DNA of 64,000 nt from an uncultured Methanobrevibacter sp. (GTDB taxonomy: Archaea > Methanobacteriota > Methanobacteria > Methanobacteriales > Methanobacteriaceae), in NCBI GenBank assembly GCA_900314635.1, contig OMVY01000009.1, positions 50,132-114,131 on the forward strand. The letters are read 5' to 3'. A program made the translations under genes and the position numbers. The notes beneath the pieces are model-generated. The model worked only from the letters and a program-made list of their open reading frames with translations. It did not search any database and had not been told where the DNA came from. Below are positions 38,311-45,756 of this stretch, piece after piece. Each line of letters starts with the position of its first letter. Position 1 is the first letter of the stretch.

Positions 38311-38967
38311 ATGTTAAAAGTTTCAGCAATAATTACTGCGGCAGGAAAAAACTCCAGAATGAGAAAAGATCAAATGGAGAGAAACATTCCGCTGCAGAAT
38401 AAATTAACACTTCCTTTTAATTCAAGCACAATAATAGAAACTACAATCGCAAATGTCTTGAATACTGACAATATCGATGAATGTATTGTGGTTCTTGGAC
38501 ATTTCAGTGATGAAATATTGCCTTTAATTAATAAAATTGATGATTCTAGACTTAAAATCATTGAAAATGACCCAGTTGATGTGGGTCTTTCTGTTTCTTT
38601 ATTGAATGGATTATCCTGTATAAATTCAGATATTGCCCTTTGTGTTACAGGCGACCAGCCTACAGTTAGCACTAAAACATTCAATTCAATTCTTGATTGC
38701 ATTTTAAAGTTTGAAAATCCCAAAAACACTATTTCTATTTTAAGACGCTTGAAAACTGGAAAGCTTGATACCGCTGAAGGTTTGGGAATGCCTTTTGCTG
38801 CAAGCAGGCTGGAATTGATTGATTATTTGAAGGGCAAGGATGACAATCTGAATCCTATCTTGAGAGAAATGTTTTCTGACGGCTTTGATTTTTATGGAAT
38901 CGAAGAAGATAATCCTCTTGAACTGATTAATATCAATACCTATTCTGAATATGAAAGCATTCTATAA
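38311..38967 (+). CDS. MobA/NTP_transf_3-like nucleotidyltransferase
   Basis: IITAAGKNSRM, VVLGH, GDQP and NINTYSEY motifs. Confidence 0.85.
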   Translation: MLKVSAIITAAGKNSRMRKDQMERNIPLQNKLTLPFNSSTIIETTIANVLNTDNIDECIVVLGHFSDEILPLINKIDDSRLKIIENDPVDVGLSVSLLNGLSCINSDIALCVTGDQPTVSTKTFNSILDCILKFENPKNTISILRRLKTGKLDTAEGLGMPFAASRLELIDYLKGKDDNLNPILREMFSDGFDFYGIEEDNPLELININTYSEYESIL

Positions 38968-39242
38968 AAATAGTTGCTAAGCATTTTTTAATTATTCTGC
39001 TCTTTTTAATTTGATTATTATATCATTTTTAAGCTTTTTTTTAGTAATTCTGCTTCTTTATATAGAGATTATATTTTTAAAAATAGCTATTTTTCAAATT
39101 AGTTAATATAATAAAATTTTAATTTGTTTTTTTCTTTAAATAAAATAAAAATAGCGGTTTTTCTAAAATTAGTTAATATGATAAAATTTTACTTGTTTTT
39201 TCTTTAATAAAATAAAAATAAAAAAAGAAAGGAATAAATTGA

Positions 39243-39992
39243 TTATTCCAAGTTTAAAATAATAGGGGCATGTTTAGAACTTTTAATATTATCTAGGATA
39301 TCTGATGATTTTACATTGTCTTTCAATGACTTGGATACAAAGAAGTAATCTACACGAGATCCTTCATTTGCTTCTTTTGCATCATTGTTCTTCCATGAAG
39401 AGTATTTCACATCATCATTGAATAATCTGTAGGCATCGCTGAAGCCTAAATCGATTATCTTGTCTATAACTTCTCTCTCTTCCTCTGTAAAGCTGACTTT
39501 AGTGTCCTTGTCGAAAATGTCTTTTTCTTCATGAGCGATATTGAAGTCACCTGCAATTATCATATTTTCATCTTTGTTTTGAGAGATGAAGTCAATCAAG
39601 CTGTTGTAGTAATCGAGTTTCTCAAGCATGTTTGCTTTCTTGCCTGTTCCAGCAGGAGCATAAATGTGAATTAAGGTAAAATCTTCAAATTCAAGAACTG
39701 ATGCTCTTCCTAATGCATCATCTGCTTCATTAAAGAATCTTTTAACAACCCTAGGAATTTTCTTGCAAAAAGTGGCAAGTCCTCCGGTTCTTTCGCTTTC
39801 ACCCTTGAGGAAATAGTAGTTGTATCCGCTTTCATCCAGGAATTTCTTATCCATTTTTTCAAAGCTTGCCTTGGTTTCCTGGAATAATATTATGTCCGGA
39901 TTCTCTTTCAAGATAGGGTCAATGTCCTTGTTTTTTATACGTGTTCTTAAACCATTTGCATTCCATGAAATAATTTTTGTTTGATTCATCAT
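39243..39992 (-). CDS. xth: Exodeoxyribonuclease III / AP endonuclease family protein with atypical catalytic residues
   Basis: SWNANG, LFQETK, AGDFNIAH and RVDYFFVS motifs; C-terminal SKH instead of SDH. Confidence 0.9.
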   Translation of the reverse strand: MMNQTKIISWNANGLRTRIKNKDIDPILKENPDIILFQETKASFEKMDKKFLDESGYNYYFLKGESERTGGLATFCKKIPRVVKRFFNEADDALGRASVLEFEDFTLIHIYAPAGTGKKANMLEKLDYYNSLIDFISQNKDENMIIAGDFNIAHEEKDIFDKDTKVSFTEEEREVIDKIIDLGFSDAYRLFNDDVKYSSWKNNDAKEANEGSRVDYFFVSKSLKDNVKSSDILDNIKSSKHAPIILNLE

Positions 39993-40398
39993 TTCTCTTC
40001 CTATATGTTCTAAACTAAGCTGATTAAATAATTTGATAAAACCTTTTATTTAAACCATTTTATTATTTATCATTCAAGTATTATAAACGTTTTTGATATT
40101 TTGGATTTAAAATCGAATTTTAGCCATCATCATTTCTTGATAATTATTTTTCTTATTTTCGCATAGTTATGAATATATATTCATTTAATGGATAATTTTT
40201 TTTAATTAGAGAGTTTTAATGTTTTTTTATTTGATAAAAATTGGTATAATTAGTTTATTTAATTAAAAAATTGATATTTGTGATTTAATTTAAGAAAAAG
40301 ATTATTTAATTTTGTAAAATTTTAAATAATATAAAAAATATATGGAAATATAAGTATGTTATATTTTTTTAATTTAAAAGTTTTAGTTAGGTGTAATC

Positions 40399-41076
40399 AT
40401 GGCTTATGAAGCAAGCGATAATAGCAGATATTCAGAAATTATAAAGGAAAAATTAGGTTTGGAAAGAGAGCCTGTAGCAGTTAAATTTGTCAAAACAGAG
40501 GAGGACATTCCTCAGGGTATTGAAAAGGTGGCAAAAAAAGCAAGACATTGTGAATTTGTCACTCGCGCAGCAGCTGGAGAAACTTTTTATGCAAGTGCTG
40601 AAGAGCAGGCATGCAAGGGAGGATCTTCTGCAATGGGACTTGAGCCTAGACCTCCTAAAGTCGAATCAGGTGAATTCTATTATGGTCTTGGCAGGTTTGA
40701 TTCTGTTGAGACAAGTAAAAAAGTAGTGGACTCTCTTCCAAAAGTGGATGAAGAGAACTTCGCACTTTTATATGCTCCTTTGAAGGATGCTGATTTTGTT
40801 CCTGACACTCTTATTATTATAGCAAAACCTATTGCTGGAATGAAAACCGCTCAAGCTATTGTTTATAATACCGGCGAGAGAGCTCAAGCTAACTTTGCAG
40901 GCATACAATCATTATGTGCCGATGCCGTAGCTGGAACATACACCACAGGCAAGCCTAATGCTACCTTTGGATGCGACGGTTCAAGAGGCTATGCAGGCAT
41001 TAAGGATGATGAAATAATTTATGCATTAGCCAAGGACAATATAGAACCTTTTATCAGTGCTTTTGAAAATTTATAA
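40399..41076 (+). CDS. DUF169 family protein
   Basis: LGLEREPVAVKF, RHCE, CKGG..AMG, QSLCAD and GCDGSR motifs; AGGTG-N5-ATG. Confidence 0.85.
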   Translation: MAYEASDNSRYSEIIKEKLGLEREPVAVKFVKTEEDIPQGIEKVAKKARHCEFVTRAAAGETFYASAEEQACKGGSSAMGLEPRPPKVESGEFYYGLGRFDSVETSKKVVDSLPKVDEENFALLYAPLKDADFVPDTLIIIAKPIAGMKTAQAIVYNTGERAQANFAGIQSLCADAVAGTYTTGKPNATFGCDGSRGYAGIKDDEIIYALAKDNIEPFISAFENL

Positions 41077-41080
41077 TAAA

Positions 41081-41120
41081 TTAAGGTAAAACCTTAACTT
41101 ATTTTTTTCTTTTTTTAATC
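41081..41120 (+). terminator. Hairpin plus T-tract after the DUF169 gene
   Basis: TTAAGGT-AAA-ACCTTAA followed by T runs. Confidence 0.6.
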
Positions 41121-41206
41121 TATTTTTTATTTCAGTTAAAAAACTGTTTTTAAGATATGGATGGTTTTTTTACTATTTTTTAAGATTGAATAGTTTTTTA
41201 CTATTT

Positions 41207-42565
41207 TTATGGAATTGTAATATTATTAAATTCGTTTTTGTGCTTGTTGCAGAATGTTCTAAAATCGCATGCACTGCATGTTCTCTTTTCAGCTTCCGCA
41301 TTCCATGCATGCTTTATTGGAATTCCATTGCTTTCCTTGAGGATTGACTCTTCGATTTTCTCAACAACGCTGTCGAATTCACTCAATGCATTTTCAATCC
41401 TTTCGGAATCCTTGGATATCGGTATTATCCTTATAGACCTGTCTATTTTAAACTTGTCAGAGAGGTCATTTAAAATATGGTATTCAGATTCAGGATTCCA
41501 GTCAAAGAGAATCTCCTCATCCTTCTTGCTTATGGAGACATCTGTGTTATTGTTTTCCAAATCTGTTTTGATAGCCATCAAATCCTCATTGGATGGAACA
41601 AGCTCATTCAAATAAAAGATTATTCCAGCTACTACATGCTTGTTGTCATTCTGTTGGTTTCTAAGCCATGCATAGGTCAGTATCTGCTGTTCATGGTGTT
41701 TCCAGTTTTTTGAATCAAGGCTCGGCCTTTTCATGCCTTTGTAGTCTGTGATGATTTCAAAACTATCCTGCTGCTTTATCTCATTATCGAATCCATTCAT
41801 GTTTTCAATGAATTCTGAATTATTGAACAAGTACTCGTATATCATGTTTGACTTGAAAAAATCATAATAGCTATCCAGATTTGATTGAGGACTTATTTCA
41901 AGTTTGGATTGCTGTGTTTTTTTCTCGTGACTGTTCTTTCTGTTTTTAAAATAGCTTATATCAAGATAGCTCAATACATCCAGAACTCCATTAATGGTGT
42001 AGCTGTCTGATCTTTTTTCAAAATCATCAAGATCTGGCATATCGCGTATCCCTTTAATCATCATTTCAGTATTGCTTATCAATGGAAAGAGATGAGGGCC
42101 CCATATATTTATTGCAGCCTCTGCTCTTGCACTGTAAAGCATTTTTCGAGGATTGTATTCATCCATTCTTTCCTCATCGATATTTATTGATGAATCATAA
42201 TAGTTTCGAGGAGCCACCAATCCTCTGGTTTTAAGCCTGTTTTCAATCATTTCCTCAATAGGCCTGATGTCAGTCATCCAGTTCCATGGAAATTTCAATG
42301 ATTTCTGATTTTTATATGGGCTGTCATCTGGAATGTCTTGAGGGTCAATGATGCTGTTTTCATCTAAGTATTCCCATTTGAGATAGGATTCCTCCATGAC
42401 TCCATGGATGAACTCTCCAAACCACAATTGAATTGGTGTTGATGGTGGAAGTGTTCCCCTGTTTTGGTATCTGTATTGCAGATTGCATGTTAAAAAGGAA
42501 AGCAAATCTCCAGTCAGGCTGTATTCTGGAACGATATACTCTTTGGATTTAGTAGATAATTTCAT
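41207..42565 (-). CDS. PD-(D/E)XK nuclease of the AddB/Cas4-like Fe-S 'staple' type
   Basis: YSLTGDLLSFLTC, FGEFIH, GVLDVL, TDYKG and QILTYAW motifs; C-terminal CSACDFRTFC (1+3 Cys arrangement). Confidence 0.82.
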   Translation of the reverse strand: MKLSTKSKEYIVPEYSLTGDLLSFLTCNLQYRYQNRGTLPPSTPIQLWFGEFIHGVMEESYLKWEYLDENSIIDPQDIPDDSPYKNQKSLKFPWNWMTDIRPIEEMIENRLKTRGLVAPRNYYDSSINIDEERMDEYNPRKMLYSARAEAAINIWGPHLFPLISNTEMMIKGIRDMPDLDDFEKRSDSYTINGVLDVLSYLDISYFKNRKNSHEKKTQQSKLEISPQSNLDSYYDFFKSNMIYEYLFNNSEFIENMNGFDNEIKQQDSFEIITDYKGMKRPSLDSKNWKHHEQQILTYAWLRNQQNDNKHVVAGIIFYLNELVPSNEDLMAIKTDLENNNTDVSISKKDEEILFDWNPESEYHILNDLSDKFKIDRSIRIIPISKDSERIENALSEFDSVVEKIEESILKESNGIPIKHAWNAEAEKRTCSACDFRTFCNKHKNEFNNITIP

Positions 42566-42655
42566 AATATCCCTTGAAAAATTTAAATATTTGAATTAAT
42601 TGTTACCAATTTTTATAAAAATATTTTACATATGTTTACTTAAAATAATGATCGA

Positions 42656-45316
42656 TTAAATTAAATAGATTTCATTAAAACCTATGAATTCTTCATCTCT
42701 ATTCCATCCTAATGCAATGTTTGGAATATACATCTGTTTTTCCTTAGACTTATATCCATCTAGTGATGGAATTAAACCAACTAGGAGTAAAACATCTTGT
42801 GCCCTTGAGAATGCAACGAAGTATAATCTGGTTAAATCATCAAATGCCCTGTCTCTTGGATCTCTTGTATTTTTTCCAAGGGGACTGAGATTTCTTATCT
42901 TGTCTTCCACTACTGAGAATTGATTTACTTTCTTTGGGAATCTCAAATGGGCTTCATTGGCTGTGTTTTTAGTGAATTTGGACCCGACATCGACAATGGT
43001 TAGCGGGAATTCCAATCCCTTTGACTGGTGGATGGACATAATATTCAATCGATTTTGTGGAAATGTTTCAAATAGGTTCTCATCCAGTTTCACATTTCCA
43101 GATGCTATAGGTATGAATATATTCCATAGTGCTTCACTGATTGATTCAAATTCACTCTCCTCGCTTGAAAAATCAATATTTGCAGAATATTTATTGAAAA
43201 ATCCATTCTGAGTGATGGTCTGGGCAATTGTTTCCAGATAGACTATTCCTTCAATGTCATCCTGGAAGAACTTGATGCTTTCATCATTTTCATTATCCTT
43301 GCTCTTTTTTCCAGGCTTCTTATCATATTCTATCCATGTAACCAGCTTATATGTAAGTTCTATAAGGCTTGCCTGCTTCGGCCAGTTTTCCCTGTTGAAA
43401 GGCTGTCTTGATTGCCAGTGCTCTACGAATTCCTCCAGATTTACTGGAGATACAGGATCAGGATAGGTTTTGATGAACGCTTGTGCTGTTTTTCTCCATC
43501 TTGTAAGATATTTTACAGCGGTTTTAGGCATTTTAGTATTAAGATTCTGGACTCTGCTTTGAGGGTCTATGCATTCAAGTATCAAACCGCATAGGATTGC
43601 CACAGGCTCTATTGTATGCAATGCCTGTCCTCTAGGATTGAATACTTCAATCTGTGGATTTTTGGACTTTTCCAGTCTTTTTCTTAACAAATAAGTGAAA
43701 GTGTGATTTTCTTTTTTGGTCATTTCCTGAGGAGAATATGTTAAAAACGCTATATCATTTATTGAACCTGACTCCTCGTCCAGTTTCAGTTTGATTCTTT
43801 TTGAATTGTTTTTAGATTGCCTTAATCTTTTTTCCATCTGAGGGTTTTTAGAACCTATGATCTTCATGTTTTGAGGATTGCTTAGGTTTTTGATGCCGTC
43901 CCTTGTCATTATTCTCTTTACATTGTATTTAACTTCCTTTCCCTTGGCAAGGTCCTGGATAAGGCGTGACAAGTCCATAGCCAGTTGTTGTTGATTTTTT
44001 CTGAACATCCCCAATACAGGAATGCTTTTTTCATCAGATGCGATTCCATTATCTTCTGTGGGTTTTTCTCTTTTTTCGTCCTTGTTTTCAGGATGAACTA
44101 TCTTCGGTTTTTCTTTTACTCTGGCGGATTGGTATTTATCATCTATTTCAGCATATTCATTGCACAAGTCAATAATGCTTTTAGTTGAGCGGTAATTTGT
44201 TTTCAAATTGATTTCCTCGACATCAATTCCGATTTCAGATTTAGCCCGCTCTTTGAATTGTGTGAAGAGGTCAACTGTCGCCCCTCTGAATCTGTACAAT
44301 GACTGGTCGTCATCTCCTACTACTGTAATGCTTCCGCCATTTGATATTGCTGCTTTAGCTATTTCAAAGTAAATGCTCTCCTGAAGCAGGTTGGTGTCTT
44401 GATATTCGTCTACAAGGATGATTTTCATGTCTTTGAGGAATATATCAAGCTTTCCTGATTTCAATCTTGAGAAGAACTCGTTTTCAAGCATGGTGAAGTC
44501 GTAGATATTTCTATCCTTCAATGCATTGATGTATTCGGTGATGATGTTCAAGGTCTTTTTCCTTCCCAGAAATAGAGGATCGTTCTTGTCCTTGTCTATC
44601 TCCCCTTCCAATTCGCCAATGTCCACTCTGTTGTAATAGATGACATCTTTAATCTTCAGCAGAATATCCGCCATTATTGAGATGTTGGATACCTTTGGAA
44701 TTTTTTCCTGGTTTGATTGTATGCCTGTTATTTCTGCAAGATATTCCTGAAGGGCTTCATTCTGGAACCGGTCATCCTTTAGAAGGCCTGCATTTATCAT
44801 AGCTGAATGCGCTGCTGCTTCTTCTATCAGAACAGGCTGATTTGTGCCTGCATCCCTATGGATTCTAAGCAGCTCTTCTGCCACGCTGTCTATTGTTCCT
44901 GTTACTATTTGATTCAAATCAAGCTTTTGAACCTTTTTTGTAAACTTCAATACATAACTGCTGTCGCTGAAAGGGGAGTCTTCGCTGAATTCATCATTGA
45001 ATGACTTTTCCATATATGTTGAGACAATTTCCTTTTTAATTTCGCTTCCCCAGCTTAAAATACGTGACATCAGTTCCTTGGCCGCTTTTTTTGTAAATGT
45101 GGTGGCAAGTATCTCACTTGGTGCGATGTCATCTACAAAAATAAATTTCAATATTTTCAAAACCATTACTGTTGTCTTTCCGGAACCAGGTCCTGCAACT
45201 ATGAAAAGTGACTGGTCCGCTCTGGAAGAAATAGCTGAATTCTGGTCTTGGTTGGATGAGATGTCCCTTTCCAATGTCTTGACTACAATTTCCTTGAATT
45301 CTTCATAGCTTATCAT
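42656..45316 (-). CDS. UvrD/REP-family superfamily-1 helicase
   Basis: AGPGSGKT, TFTKKAA, VDEYQD, GDDDQSLYRFRG, NYRS, IHQSKGLEFP and RLYFVAFSRA motifs. Confidence 0.92.
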   Translation of the reverse strand: MISYEEFKEIVVKTLERDISSNQDQNSAISSRADQSLFIVAGPGSGKTTVMVLKILKFIFVDDIAPSEILATTFTKKAAKELMSRILSWGSEIKKEIVSTYMEKSFNDEFSEDSPFSDSSYVLKFTKKVQKLDLNQIVTGTIDSVAEELLRIHRDAGTNQPVLIEEAAAHSAMINAGLLKDDRFQNEALQEYLAEITGIQSNQEKIPKVSNISIMADILLKIKDVIYYNRVDIGELEGEIDKDKNDPLFLGRKKTLNIITEYINALKDRNIYDFTMLENEFFSRLKSGKLDIFLKDMKIILVDEYQDTNLLQESIYFEIAKAAISNGGSITVVGDDDQSLYRFRGATVDLFTQFKERAKSEIGIDVEEINLKTNYRSTKSIIDLCNEYAEIDDKYQSARVKEKPKIVHPENKDEKREKPTEDNGIASDEKSIPVLGMFRKNQQQLAMDLSRLIQDLAKGKEVKYNVKRIMTRDGIKNLSNPQNMKIIGSKNPQMEKRLRQSKNNSKRIKLKLDEESGSINDIAFLTYSPQEMTKKENHTFTYLLRKRLEKSKNPQIEVFNPRGQALHTIEPVAILCGLILECIDPQSRVQNLNTKMPKTAVKYLTRWRKTAQAFIKTYPDPVSPVNLEEFVEHWQSRQPFNRENWPKQASLIELTYKLVTWIEYDKKPGKKSKDNENDESIKFFQDDIEGIVYLETIAQTITQNGFFNKYSANIDFSSEESEFESISEALWNIFIPIASGNVKLDENLFETFPQNRLNIMSIHQSKGLEFPLTIVDVGSKFTKNTANEAHLRFPKKVNQFSVVEDKIRNLSPLGKNTRDPRDRAFDDLTRLYFVAFSRAQDVLLLVGLIPSLDGYKSKEKQMYIPNIALGWNRDEEFIGFNEIYLI

Positions 45317-45756
45317 ATTTTTCCCTTTGCATATTTTTGATTTTAACCCCGATGCATATTAGTGAAAGATTATTTTTAATAAATATTTATTTTAAAAATC
45401 ATTTTTGAATATAATGTCAAAAATTTTTTGTTTCATATAATCATTAGTTTTTTATTATAAATATATTTTAACATAGAGAGCATTTGAAAAGTAATATTTT
45501 TTACTATTTTTTAAAAATAGTAAACGATAACTTTTATAATGATAAATAAGTAAATATATTATTGTTAAAAAAAATTTATATCTTTATTTGATTTTTAAAT
45601 CATTTATAAATAGAATTTATAGCTTTTAAAAAATTAATTTTTTTAATTTTTATCGCTATATCTTTGAGTGGATTTTTTTCCTTTCACTCCATTGTTGGGG
45701 GAGTGAATTGATTAATTAATTTAATTATGAATTTATAATTTATATTTTTTTTAAGA

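Noticed and set aside
41207-42565. Nuclease as CRISPR Cas4
   Set aside because: 452 aa, much longer than Cas4; no cas1/cas2 or array; paired with a helicase.
42656-45316. UvrD as Gabija GajB or as the NER UvrD partner of uvrA
   Set aside because: The neighbour is a PD-(D/E)XK nuclease, not an OLD/TOPRIM ATPase; nothing in the window links it to uvrA.
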